DNA of 64,000 nt, taken from contig JBFWNW010000002.1 in the NCBI GenBank assembly GCA_050250855.1, positions 32,001 to 96,000 on the forward strand, read 5' to 3'. The notes beneath the pieces were generated by a model. The model was not told the origin of the DNA, made no database searches, and saw nothing but the letters and a program-made list of their open reading frames with translations. Position numbers and translations under genes: made by a program. Below, one piece after another: positions 20,182-29,424 of the stretch; position 1 is the first letter of the stretch, and every line of letters begins with the position of its first letter. The DNA is from Candidatus Babeliales bacterium. Its GTDB lineage: Bacteria; Babelota; Babeliae; Babelales; JACPOV01.

Positions 20182-21344
20182 TGTTCATGCATAATGGTAG
20201 ATATCCTGATCTTGTAAAAGTTTTACGTGGATTTCAAGAAACAGGGGTTCCTCTTGTAATGCATAATGGCTCACACCCAATTCCTTACTTGACTGATGGT
20301 GCCGATGATATTGGAATATATCTTTTTATTCCTAAAATTGCTAAAATGCTCAATCTTTCACTTGATCAAGCATTAAATCTTTTTTTTTATGGCATAATTT
20401 TTGGATCAGCTTTATTAGGAATTCTAGGCTTTTGTTTACTTTATAAATCAACTAAAGCTAGAATAATAGCCTTTTTTGGCATAGCAATTTCCCTGTTTTT
20501 ACCTATAAAAATTAATGATGTTTATGCCATTGGTTCTTGTCTTTCCATTGCTATAGTGCCATTTTATTTATACTTAATAAAAGAAAAAAAACCTTCTAAT
20601 ATTATTTATATATTTCTTTTTTGTTCTGGCATAGCCATAGGACTTGCAAACAATTTAAGATCGTACTCTGGGATTGGCGTACTTCTTTTTCTACTCACAT
20701 TATTATTTACACATATTATTTCTATAAAACAAAAAATAATACTTTGTTTATTTATTTTTTCTGGTATAGCATTGCCAAACTTGTATATTACAAAACTGGT
20801 TAATAAATACACAATTTATGCAAATACCCAGTTTAAAGAAAATGTATGCTTAAATAGGCATCACCCTTTTTGGCATAATTTTTATATAGGATTTGGCTTT
20901 ATCAATTGCTTAAATAGACCTGGCATACAGTGGGATGATGGATATGCCTACAATAAAGCCAAGGAGATAGACCCATCACTAGATTTAAATGACGCCAATA
21001 AAATAGATTCTATCCTTAAAGGAGAAGTTTTTAAGTTACTACTTAATGATTCTTTCTTTGTTTTTTCTTGCTTATTTGCAAAAATAGGCGTACTTATTTT
21101 TCTTCTATTAAAATATGCTAATATTTTTTTCATAGGATCAGTTTTTTCCTTATTTTCAATAGAAAAATGGAAATTAAAACTAGCATTTATAGTTCTTATT
21201 ATTTTTAATTCATTATATCCTTTAGTAGCAATACCATTTCCAGAATATTCCATTGGATTAATAACAGCAGCAATACTTTACGGTATTCTTATTATCAATT
21301 CCTATTCAAAGGAACAAAAAAATTATAGTTATTTTTATGATTAA
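20181..21344 (+). CDS. Multi-pass membrane protein, putative GT-C glycosyltransferase (paralog 1)
   Basis: TGVPL, DDIGIY, HPFWHNFYIGFGF, WDD, FAKIG shared with 22286 and 23462. Confidence 0.6.
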   Translation: MFMHNGRYPDLVKVLRGFQETGVPLVMHNGSHPIPYLTDGADDIGIYLFIPKIAKMLNLSLDQALNLFFYGIIFGSALLGILGFCLLYKSTKARIIAFFGIAISLFLPIKINDVYAIGSCLSIAIVPFYLYLIKEKKPSNIIYIFLFCSGIAIGLANNLRSYSGIGVLLFLLTLLFTHIISIKQKIILCLFIFSGIALPNLYITKLVNKYTIYANTQFKENVCLNRHHPFWHNFYIGFGFINCLNRPGIQWDDGYAYNKAKEIDPSLDLNDANKIDSILKGEVFKLLLNDSFFVFSCLFAKIGVLIFLLLKYANIFFIGSVFSLFSIEKWKLKLAFIVLIIFNSLYPLVAIPFPEYSIGLITAAILYGILIINSYSKEQKNYSYFYD

Positions 21345-22365
21345 AAAAAAGATATCAATTATTATTCCCATTTTAAATGAAGAAAAAAATCTTCCTTTGC
21401 TTTGGCAAGAGCTTCAAAAAATATTTATTGCTCAAGAACATACTTATTCATTTGAATTAATCTTGGTTAATGATGGCAGCAAAGATTCTTCTTGGCAGTT
21501 AATACAAAAAATTTCAATGAACTATCAATGTATTGCTATCAATTTTAGTAGAAATTTTGGTTACCAAGCAGCACTAACTGCCGGCTATGACCATTGCTCT
21601 AGTGATGCTGTTATTACTATGGATGCAGATTTGCAACATCCGCCAGCACTTATAGAGAAAATGCTTGAGCACTGGCAACAGGGTTCAAAAATTGTCTATG
21701 CACGCCGCTTAGAGCGCCATGATAGTTTTTTAAAAAAAATAACAGCACAAGCATATCACAAAATCCTTGATCTGGTTGCTGAGGTAAAAATCCCTCGTGG
21801 TATTTCTGATTTTCGTCTTTTGGATAAACAAGTTGTTCATGAAATAAAAAAATATCATGAAAAAGCTCGCTACTTAAGGGGCATTGTTGCTTGGACTGGT
21901 TTTAACTGCTCATATGTTGATTTTGAGCAACCATCACGCAAGCATGACGAAACAAGATATACCTGGTCAAAGCTTTTTAAAATTGCTTTTGACGGCATAA
22001 TAGGTTCTTCTATTCTCCCTTTAAAACTTGCAGCATATTTTGGCAGTTTTGTTATTGCAACTGGCTGTATTATGCTTGGCATTATTACCGTAGATGCACT
22101 ATTTTTTAAAGGAAATTATCCTCTTTTTAAATGGCTGGTAACTATAATTTATATTTTTTTAGGTTTTTTATTTATTTTGTTATGGTTACTAGGGGAATAT
22201 ATCGGACGCATGTATGAAGAACTTAAAGGCAGGCCTTTATATATTGTGCAAGATCTTGTAAAGACACCTAAAAAAGGAATAAGTCATGAATCTTATGAGT
22301 TGCCGGCTCATTCACTTGAAGCAAACATTTCAGGGTCTTTTAAAAACGGGAATACCCCTTATTGA
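21337..22365 (+). CDS. GtrB/CsbB-like polyprenyl-phosphate glycosyltransferase (GT2), paralog of 18542
   Basis: VNDGSKD, SRNFGYQ, MDADLQHPP, SDFRLLD, YPLFKWLVT, GEYIGR. Confidence 0.92.
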   Translation: MIKKKISIIIPILNEEKNLPLLWQELQKIFIAQEHTYSFELILVNDGSKDSSWQLIQKISMNYQCIAINFSRNFGYQAALTAGYDHCSSDAVITMDADLQHPPALIEKMLEHWQQGSKIVYARRLERHDSFLKKITAQAYHKILDLVAEVKIPRGISDFRLLDKQVVHEIKKYHEKARYLRGIVAWTGFNCSYVDFEQPSRKHDETRYTWSKLFKIAFDGIIGSSILPLKLAAYFGSFVIATGCIMLGIITVDALFFKGNYPLFKWLVTIIYIFLGFLFILLWLLGEYIGRMYEELKGRPLYIVQDLVKTPKKGISHESYELPAHSLEANISGSFKNGNTPY

Positions 22366-23461
22366 ATATGACGGTACTAAGCTTTTGCCAACATTTACGT
22401 CTGATGATATCGGCATTTATATTATTATTCCCAAGCTTTCTTATTGGTTTAACATTTCTATAGAACAAGCAAGCCATCTATTTTTTTATGGCATCTTATT
22501 GCTGCCATGCCTTATTGGTGTCCTTGGTTTTTTATATTATTATCAAAAAATATCTACAAAAATTATCAGCTCATTTGCTCTTATTCTTTTAATGCGCCAA
22601 GCATATAGTGTTGGTGATGTGTATTTAAGTTATTATGCCTGCGTTACCGCGCTCGTTCCTTGGTCTTTTTATTTTTCAACAAAACAATATTCAAAAAAAA
22701 CTTTATTATTTATGTTTTTAGCGGGATTGGGTATAAGCTTTTTCCATTATATAAGAGCTTATTCTGGATTAGGCGTTCTTTTTTTTATGATAGCCCTTTT
22801 TGTGCTACAGCAAAACTATACGAAAAAAGAGTTACTCTTTTCCGTTCTTGCTTTTGTAGCGGGGATATATGTTCCTGTAAGATATTTTTCATATAATTAT
22901 CATCAATCAGTTGCCTATGCACAAGAACATTTAAAAGATGTTGATATTGGTGAAAATAAACATGTATTCTGGCATAGTATTTATATTGGCTTTGGGTTTT
23001 TACAGGAAAAAAATCCTGATAATATCAAATATGATGATTCTATAGGAATAAAAAAAGTACAAAGTATCAATCCTTCTATAAAATCAATCAATATTGAATA
23101 TGAAAAAACTCTAAAACATGAAGTTATCAACTTAATAAAAAATCACTGGGAATTTTTTATTTTTACTATATTTGCAAAAATTGGAGTTCTTTTTTGGTAT
23201 CTTATACTTTTTGCTAATATAGGTCTTATTGCCGCACTATTTTATAGAAAACCGCTCTATTTAGAATATTCATTTTTTTTAGCCTTCATTGTTTATAGCA
23301 TATTTCCTATTTTAGCTATCCCAATAAAAGAATATTCTTTAGGTTTTATTTCACTAGCTGCTCTTTATGGCGTTATCAGTATTAATTATGCAATAGAGTA
23401 TACAAGTTTTTCTTTATCTTCGTTATTTTGTTCTATAAGCAAAAAAGCAAAGACTTCTTAA
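22286..23461 (+). CDS. Multi-pass membrane protein, putative GT-C glycosyltransferase (paralog 2)
   Basis: TGIPL, DDIGIY, HYIRAYSG, HVFWHSIYIGFGF, YDD, FAKIG; AAGGA SD inside the upstream gene. Confidence 0.6.
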   Translation: MNLMSCRLIHLKQTFQGLLKTGIPLIEYDGTKLLPTFTSDDIGIYIIIPKLSYWFNISIEQASHLFFYGILLLPCLIGVLGFLYYYQKISTKIISSFALILLMRQAYSVGDVYLSYYACVTALVPWSFYFSTKQYSKKTLLFMFLAGLGISFFHYIRAYSGLGVLFFMIALFVLQQNYTKKELLFSVLAFVAGIYVPVRYFSYNYHQSVAYAQEHLKDVDIGENKHVFWHSIYIGFGFLQEKNPDNIKYDDSIGIKKVQSINPSIKSINIEYEKTLKHEVINLIKNHWEFFIFTIFAKIGVLFWYLILFANIGLIAALFYRKPLYLEYSFFLAFIVYSIFPILAIPIKEYSLGFISLAALYGVISINYAIEYTSFSLSSLFCSISKKAKTS

Positions 23462-24580
23462 ATGAATATAATGCCTTGCCGTCTCTCTCATTTACAGCAT
23501 TGTTTTATTGGTTATCAAAAAACTGGAATACCTTTAGTTGAATGGTATAAAGAACAGCTCAGTTCATTTACTGCAGCAGATGATCTTGGCATTTATATTC
23601 TCATGCCTAAATTAGCATCTTTTTTGCATATAAATGTTCTACAAGCAACACAGCTTTTTATGTATGCTGCTTTTTTTAGTGCATATTTAATAAGTATTAT
23701 AGGCTTTTTTTTCTACTACAAATCAGCTATGCAACGGATAATAAGTTTTATTGGTATTACTGCTCTTATACTTTTTTCATTAAAAATAGGTGACCTTTAT
23801 ATTTTTTATGTACTTCCTACGATAGCATTTTTGCCTTGGAGCCTTTATTTTTATAAAAAACAATCAACCTCATGGCATGCATTGATCTTTTATTGCATAG
23901 TAGGTTTTTTGTGCGCCTGGGGCCATTATATTCGGGGATACTCTTCTCTTGGCATTTTAATTTTTGTAGGCATTCTTATACTCACAAAAAAAACTACTGC
24001 TACCAGTAAGCTACTATCTTTATTATTTCTGTTTTTAGGGCTTTCTATCCCTGCACTTCAGATGCACTATTATCGTCACCAGTACACACAGTTTCTAACA
24101 CAAAACAATATAGCTGATCCTGCGGCTGGCATTAAAAATCATCTTATATGGCATGCAGTTTATGCAGGACTTGGTTTTTTATCATTCAAAAACCCTGACA
24201 ATATTAGATGGGGCGATTGCTATGCAACCCAAAAGGCACAAGAAATTTTACCTGGCGTTGCTTATAATACGGTTGAATATGAAGCGGTTTTGAAGAATGA
24301 AGTTATACGGCTTACCAAGGAACATCCTTCATTTATGATAATGACTCTATTTGCTAAAGTAGGAATCTTATTATTGTATTTACTGATTTTTGCTAATATT
24401 GGCCTTATTGCTGCATTTTTTTACCCCAAAGCGTGGCCTCTTGAACTTGCTTTTTGGAGCGCCCTTGCTGCAAGTAGTATTTTTCCTCTACTCGTTTTAC
24501 CAACAACAGAATACTCGCTTGGCTTTATCGCTTTTGCTATACTTTATGGAGTAGTCAGTTTAAACAAGGAGATAATATGA
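23462..24580 (+). CDS. Multi-pass membrane protein, putative GT-C glycosyltransferase (paralog 3)
   Basis: TGIPL, DDLGIY, HYIRGYS, HLIWHAVYAGLGF, WGD, FAKVG. Confidence 0.6.
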   Translation: MNIMPCRLSHLQHCFIGYQKTGIPLVEWYKEQLSSFTAADDLGIYILMPKLASFLHINVLQATQLFMYAAFFSAYLISIIGFFFYYKSAMQRIISFIGITALILFSLKIGDLYIFYVLPTIAFLPWSLYFYKKQSTSWHALIFYCIVGFLCAWGHYIRGYSSLGILIFVGILILTKKTTATSKLLSLLFLFLGLSIPALQMHYYRHQYTQFLTQNNIADPAAGIKNHLIWHAVYAGLGFLSFKNPDNIRWGDCYATQKAQEILPGVAYNTVEYEAVLKNEVIRLTKEHPSFMIMTLFAKVGILLLYLLIFANIGLIAAFFYPKAWPLELAFWSALAASSIFPLLVLPTTEYSLGFIAFAILYGVVSLNKEII

Positions 24581-24960
24581 TTAAAAAACAAGCTCTTGTA
24601 GCTTTATCCTTTCTTTGTTCAAGTCTATATGCAAGCAACTATGTTGTTGAAGTAACAGATAAAAACTTTGAAGAAGTTGTCCTAAAAGCTGAAAAACCGG
24701 TCATTATAGATTTCTGGGCACCATGGTGCGGCCCCTGCAAAAATTATAAACCAAAATTTCATACCTTGGCTGAAAAATATCACACAGAATATACCTTTGT
24801 CTCTGTAGATGTAGATCAAGCACAACAAGTAGCATCAAGATATAAAATTATGTCTATTCCAACAGTTCTTGTTATAAAAAATGGTCACATAAAAGCTACC
24901 TTTGTTGGCGGACTTAAAGAAATATCATTCAAAGAAGCTGTAGATCAGGCTCTTAAATAA
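24577..24960 (+). CDS. trxA: Thioredoxin with signal peptide
   Basis: DFWAPWCGPCK, SIPT; leader MIKKQALVALSFLCSSLYA. Confidence 0.9.
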   Translation: MIKKQALVALSFLCSSLYASNYVVEVTDKNFEEVVLKAEKPVIIDFWAPWCGPCKNYKPKFHTLAEKYHTEYTFVSVDVDQAQQVASRYKIMSIPTVLVIKNGHIKATFVGGLKEISFKEAVDQALK

Positions 24961-24972
24961 TATTACATAGAA

Positions 24973-25000
24973 AAGGCCCTTTTGCAGGGCCTTATTTTTT
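24973..25000 (+). terminator. Intrinsic terminator after thioredoxin
   Basis: AAGGCCCT-tttgc-AGGGCCTT followed by ATTTTTT. Confidence 0.75.
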
Positions 25001-25066
25001 ATTCCCCCTCAATTTTATTGCAGTTAATAATTTTTTATTGATATCCTTTCGATAAAGGGGATAAAT

Positions 25067-26503
25067 ATGAACAATAAAAATATAAAAATTATTGCTTTTG
25101 CAGGGCTTTTTATCTTATGTGCGGGAATCTATACTTATTTTTCATATTTTAATACTAAACCTACACTCGAAAAAGCACTTAACCATAAAGATTTAGTTCC
25201 TGTCTTAATTGTTGGCTCAGGACCAGCGGGCCTGAGTGCTGCTCTTTATACTTCACGAGCAAAACTCCCTACTATTGTTCTTACCGGCGACCATCCTGGC
25301 GGAACCCTTGCTGATGTACGCGAAATTGAAAATTGGCCAGGAAAAAGAAAAGCTTCTGGAGAAAATGCCATTAACGATTTAAAAGCGCAGGCAACCAAAT
25401 TTGGCACACAAATTCTTAACGATAAAGTCTTATCTATAAATCTTTCTTCATGGCCTTTTGTAGTAAAAACGCGTGATGGAAGAACCTTTAATGTCATGTC
25501 TTTAATTTTGGCAACTGGTCGTATTGCAAAAAAACTTAATGTTCCGGGCGTTGAAGAATATTGGGGCCATGGTGTTGGTGTATGTACTATTTGTGATGCA
25601 CCATTTCATAAGGGGCATAATGTTGCCGTTGTTGGTGGTGGTGATACCGCCGCTGACCGTGCTCTACAACTTGCTGCCTTTGCCAAAAAAGTATACATGC
25701 TTGTAAAAGACAGTGAGCTTGATGCATCAGGATTTGTACAAGATTACGTAAAAAAGAATGATAAAATAGAAGTTTTATATAATACAGAGTTACAAGAGGT
25801 AACTGGAGAAGGGGACTCGGTAACTGGCGCAAAAATTTTTAATACCAAAACAAAGCAGGCAAGCGATATTGCTATACAAGGAATTTATTTTGCTATTGGC
25901 TGGCATCCCAATTCTGATTTAGTACAAAAACAAGTAAAACTTCAAGAAGGAGATTTTATTTGGCTTGATGGCCAAACACAAAAAACTTCTATTTCTGGTT
26001 TTTTTGCAGCAGGCGACGTTGCAGATTCTTTATATGGCAAAGCAGGCGTTGCAACAGGAAGTGGTGTAAAAGCTGGCATGGATGCTATAAAATTCATGCA
26101 ACGTCTAGGATTTGAACCAGGAACTGCTGAAAAATATAAAGATAAATTGGCAAAGCCTGAAGCAGAAAAAAGTATGGAACTACAAAATATCAACAACTTA
26201 GCACAATTAAAAAACTTAGTAAGTAATGAAACAAAACCTATTGTGGTTGATTTTTATACTGATTACTGCCCAACATGTAAAGCATTAATGCCTAATTTAA
26301 AAATGCTTGCTGCGCAATTTAAAGATCAAGTCCTCTTTATAAAAGCTAACTTTGACGAAGCGCAAAGCATTGTACAATTTTACAATATACCATCCGTTCC
26401 CTATCTTGCTCTCTTTAAAAATGGTGAACTTGTTAAGAAAACTAAAAAAATAGGCAGCAAGCAAGATATTGAAGCATTAGTACGTGAGCTTTTAGAAAAG
26501 TGA
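25067..26503 (+). CDS. trxB: Thioredoxin reductase with N-terminal TM anchor, fused to a C-terminal thioredoxin domain
   Basis: GSGPAG, ATG, CTICD, GGGDTA, FAAGDV; C-terminal DFYTDYCPTCK and SVP. Confidence 0.88.
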   Translation: MNNKNIKIIAFAGLFILCAGIYTYFSYFNTKPTLEKALNHKDLVPVLIVGSGPAGLSAALYTSRAKLPTIVLTGDHPGGTLADVREIENWPGKRKASGENAINDLKAQATKFGTQILNDKVLSINLSSWPFVVKTRDGRTFNVMSLILATGRIAKKLNVPGVEEYWGHGVGVCTICDAPFHKGHNVAVVGGGDTAADRALQLAAFAKKVYMLVKDSELDASGFVQDYVKKNDKIEVLYNTELQEVTGEGDSVTGAKIFNTKTKQASDIAIQGIYFAIGWHPNSDLVQKQVKLQEGDFIWLDGQTQKTSISGFFAAGDVADSLYGKAGVATGSGVKAGMDAIKFMQRLGFEPGTAEKYKDKLAKPEAEKSMELQNINNLAQLKNLVSNETKPIVVDFYTDYCPTCKALMPNLKMLAAQFKDQVLFIKANFDEAQSIVQFYNIPSVPYLALFKNGELVKKTKKIGSKQDIEALVRELLEK

Positions 26504-26509
26504 AGCGCT

Positions 26510-26650
26510 CAACGGCTTAAAAGCCGTTGTCTCGCGCGGAGTTCTTCGAAGCCAACCCTACTACGCTAAAGCTACGAAGGGTTCTACTTGCCATTCATCC
26601 CCATCCTTAAAAAGCCTTGGGGTTTTCTGGCAAAGTAGAATAATTCTACT
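26510..26650. repeat. Compound palindromic element (REP/PATE-like), probably also a bidirectional terminator
   Basis: CAACGGCTT-AA-AAGCCGTTG (26510-26529); AACCCT..AGGGTT (26554-26583); TTCTACTTGCCA..CCCCA..TGGGG..TGGCAAAGTAGAA (26582-26640). GC-richer than its flanks, between convergent genes. Confidence 0.7.
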
Positions 26651-27884
26651 TTTTACAAAGAGTAAATGCTTTACAAAGATCGGATACCGCCTTCTTTATG
26701 GCAGCAACCTTTTGCTGATTATCTCGATGCATAATGGCGTCATCTATAAGCTGTGCAATCTGTTCCATCTGAGCCTCTTTCATGCCACGAGTAGTTACTG
26801 CTGGCGTTCCTATGCGAATACCACTCGTAATCCATGGTGGCTGCGTATCAAAAGGTACACAACTACGAGAAATCGAAATTCCTACGGCATTAAGAGCTTG
26901 TTCTCCTATCTGACCATTTAAATCTTTTGAACGCATATCAACAATAAGCATATGATTATCAGTGCCACCGGCAACAAGACGATATCCCATAGTGTGTAAT
27001 GCTTGCGCTATTGTTTTTGCATTTACAAGAACCTGTTTTTGATACTGAGTAAATGGTTCTTGCAATGCTTCATGAAATGCTACCGCTTTTGCTGCAATAA
27101 TATTCATAAAGGGACCGCCCTGCAAACCAGGCATAATAGCTTTATCAACTTTTGGTCCAAATTCATTCTTGCACATAATTAAACCACCGCGTGGTCCACG
27201 TAATGTTTTGTGTGTTGTACTCGTAATAAAATCCGCAAGACCTACAGGACTTTCATGCAAACCAGTAGCAACTAGGCCGGCTATATGAGCAATATCGGCC
27301 ATAAAATAAGCACCTACACTTTGTGCTATTTGAGTAAATTTTTTAAAGTTAATAGGTCGAGAATAGGCTGATGCACCTGCTATAATTAGCTTTGGTTTAT
27401 GCTCTTGAGCTAATCTTTCAATCTCATCATAATCAAGCTGCTCTGTTTGCTTATCAACAGTATATTGAATACTTTTATAAAACTTTCCTGAAAAGCTTAC
27501 TTTATGACCATGAGTTAAGTGACCTCCTTCTGCAAGAGACATTCCCATAATGGTATCCCCAAGTTCAAGCGCTGTATAAAAAACTGCCATATTTGCTTGA
27601 GAGCCAGCATGAGGCTGTACATTAACATGTTCTGCCCCAAAAAGTTTTTTGCACCGCTCTTGCGCTAAGCTTTCAGCATTATCAACAAATTCACAGCCGC
27701 CATAATAACGCTTTCCAGGATATCCTTCGGCATATTTATTGGTTAAAACCGATCCTGTTGCTTGCATAACAGCCTGAGATGTATAATTTTCAGAAGCAAT
27801 AAGATCTAGTGTTGTTTCTTGGCGGTTTTCTTCATCTTGTATAATAGAAAAGATCTCTGGGTCTATATTTTTTAAAAAATTCAT
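26646..27884 (-). CDS. glyA: Serine hydroxymethyltransferase
   Basis: LIASEN, NKYAEGYPGKRYYGG, GGHLTHG, TTHKTLRGPRGG. Confidence 0.98.
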   Translation of the reverse strand: MNFLKNIDPEIFSIIQDEENRQETTLDLIASENYTSQAVMQATGSVLTNKYAEGYPGKRYYGGCEFVDNAESLAQERCKKLFGAEHVNVQPHAGSQANMAVFYTALELGDTIMGMSLAEGGHLTHGHKVSFSGKFYKSIQYTVDKQTEQLDYDEIERLAQEHKPKLIIAGASAYSRPINFKKFTQIAQSVGAYFMADIAHIAGLVATGLHESPVGLADFITSTTHKTLRGPRGGLIMCKNEFGPKVDKAIMPGLQGGPFMNIIAAKAVAFHEALQEPFTQYQKQVLVNAKTIAQALHTMGYRLVAGGTDNHMLIVDMRSKDLNGQIGEQALNAVGISISRSCVPFDTQPPWITSGIRIGTPAVTTRGMKEAQMEQIAQLIDDAIMHRDNQQKVAAIKKAVSDLCKAFTLCKK

Positions 27885-27946
27885 TTTTTTCCCTTTTTTA
27901 CAACTTTTTATAAAGTGTAAAACAGAAGAAAATCATTCGCAAACAA

Positions 27947-27981
27947 ATAAATAGGCCCAAGAAATTCTTAGGCCTATTTAT
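27947..27981 (-). terminator. Intrinsic terminator after the DUF1328-like gene
   Basis: ATAAATAGGCC..GGCCTATTTAT inverted repeat; T-rich tail on the minus strand. Confidence 0.7.
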
Positions 27982-28000
27982 AAGTATTTTATTATTAAAA

Positions 28001-28180
28001 TTAATTAAGACGAGGGGGTTTGCCGCCAAACATATACACTAACAAGCTCACACCAAACAATACTAAAAAAAGCCAAAATAAGGTTTGAGCTATATTGGCA
28101 AATGCTATTGCCAAGCCACCAAAACCAAATATACCTGCTACAAGAGCTAAAACAAAAAATAACGCTACATAATAGAGCAT
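28001..28180 (-). CDS. Small membrane protein, DUF1328/UPF0391 (YtjA-like), 59 aa
   Basis: Below track cutoff. [68 protein letters not shown]. Confidence 0.85.
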   Translation of the reverse strand: MLYYVALFFVLALVAGIFGFGGLAIAFANIAQTLFWLFLVLFGVSLLVYMFGGKPPRLN

Positions 28181-28309
28181 ATCTTCTCCTTTAGGATTTT
28201 ATTTTTAAAATGATAGTAACTTTTATGATGCACAAACAAGAGTTTTGTATTTTTTATAAAAATCCTTGTTTATAGCACATTCATAACGGTAAAATAAAAA
28301 AGAAAAGCT

Positions 28310-28825
28310 ATGAATAAACAATGGTTATTCTTATTATTTTTTAGCATAAGTGGCATGGAAAAACCCCTAGTTACTTCTTCAAGCAAAAATGGCAATAACC
28401 TGAATGGTTGTTTTATAAAAATAACAAATAAAAATGAAGAATTTTTTGAAGCCCATTTTTCAAGTAATTATTTTTTAAATAATGAACATCTTTGGCTTAA
28501 CCGAGAAAAACCTTCTCATCCCGATGAATATCATAGATTAACATCCATATATCATTGCGTTCCCTTAGAACTTTCTTCTCAACAAATAACAAAATGGTTT
28601 GAAAGTTATGTTGAATTTATTGGCTACCAATTTACTACTGATCAAACATTAGAACCCTACTCTTTAATACAAAAAACAAAGCATTTACTTTCTCTTGCCA
28701 AGCTACATATTGCTCAACTACAACAAGCAAAAAAGAATCCACTTTATGACAAAAAATACACTATTAATAAAAGTGATCTTGAAAAAATAGAAGATAAAAT
28801 TATTGAATTTGAAACAAGTTGGTAA
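28310..28825 (+). CDS. Hypothetical exported protein
   Basis: 171 aa ORF, leader MNKQWLFLLFFSISG-MEK. Confidence 0.65.
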   Translation: MNKQWLFLLFFSISGMEKPLVTSSSKNGNNLNGCFIKITNKNEEFFEAHFSSNYFLNNEHLWLNREKPSHPDEYHRLTSIYHCVPLELSSQQITKWFESYVEFIGYQFTTDQTLEPYSLIQKTKHLLSLAKLHIAQLQQAKKNPLYDKKYTINKSDLEKIEDKIIEFETSW

Positions 28826-28856
28826 AAAGTTGTATAGTAAGAGTAGGAGAAAAAAG

Positions 28857-29315
28857 ATGAACCTACTCACTAAAATAATAGTAGCTATTATCCTCAGTGT
28901 TACCGTCGAATTAATAGCAGCACAAGAAGCTCAACAAAAACTTGCTACATTCCTAAAAACAGATGCAAATTACAAAAAAGCAAAAACTAAAATAAAACAT
29001 TTGCTAGAAAAAGGTGCAAAATTAGATGTATCTATAGATAACCCCTTATTAATTGCTATAGAAGCTGATAGCCCTATCATGATTTTAGCTCTTCATAAAA
29101 ATGGAACTCATCTAAAAATACCTTATAATCACCAAGAAATGGAAGCACACCGCCTAGCAGACTTATTGGGAAAATCAGAAGAAACAAAGCTTCTTGTTCA
29201 CAACCTTATGCTCATTAATATATTCAAAAATAAAGCATTATCAAAAACACAAGAAAATCTCTATTTTGAGACCCTAAAAGCAATCAACAAAGTAAAAGAA
29301 ATAGGTTTGCCCTAG
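28857..29315 (+). CDS. Exported protein with possible degenerate ankyrin-like repeats
   Basis: Start 28857 after AGGAG; leader MNLLTKIIVAIILSVTVELIAA; LLEKGAKLD..NPLLIAI..LHKNG. Confidence 0.55.
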   Translation: MNLLTKIIVAIILSVTVELIAAQEAQQKLATFLKTDANYKKAKTKIKHLLEKGAKLDVSIDNPLLIAIEADSPIMILALHKNGTHLKIPYNHQEMEAHRLADLLGKSEETKLLVHNLMLINIFKNKALSKTQENLYFETLKAINKVKEIGLP

Positions 29316-29353
29316 AATTAGTATACTATAAATAGCCTGAAAAGAGACTTCTA

Positions 29354-29381
29354 TTGCTTTTTTCTATAGCTTATTTATACT
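29354..29381 (+). promoter_or_regulatory. Candidate sigma70 promoter for the efp operon
   Basis: TTGCTT-N16-TATACT, 43 nt upstream of efp. Confidence 0.45.
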
Positions 29382-29424
29382 TAATTTAAGCTATTTTTAC
29401 CATTATACATACAAAGGGGTACCC

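Noticed and set aside
8229..24580. Glycan region as a discrete genomic island
   Set aside because: It looks more AT-rich by eye, but I did not compute GC, and there is no integrase, tRNA or flanking direct repeat.
26505..26650. CRISPR array or tRNA in the trxB-glyA gap
   Set aside because: No repeated unit with spacers, no cas gene, no cloverleaf or T-loop consensus.
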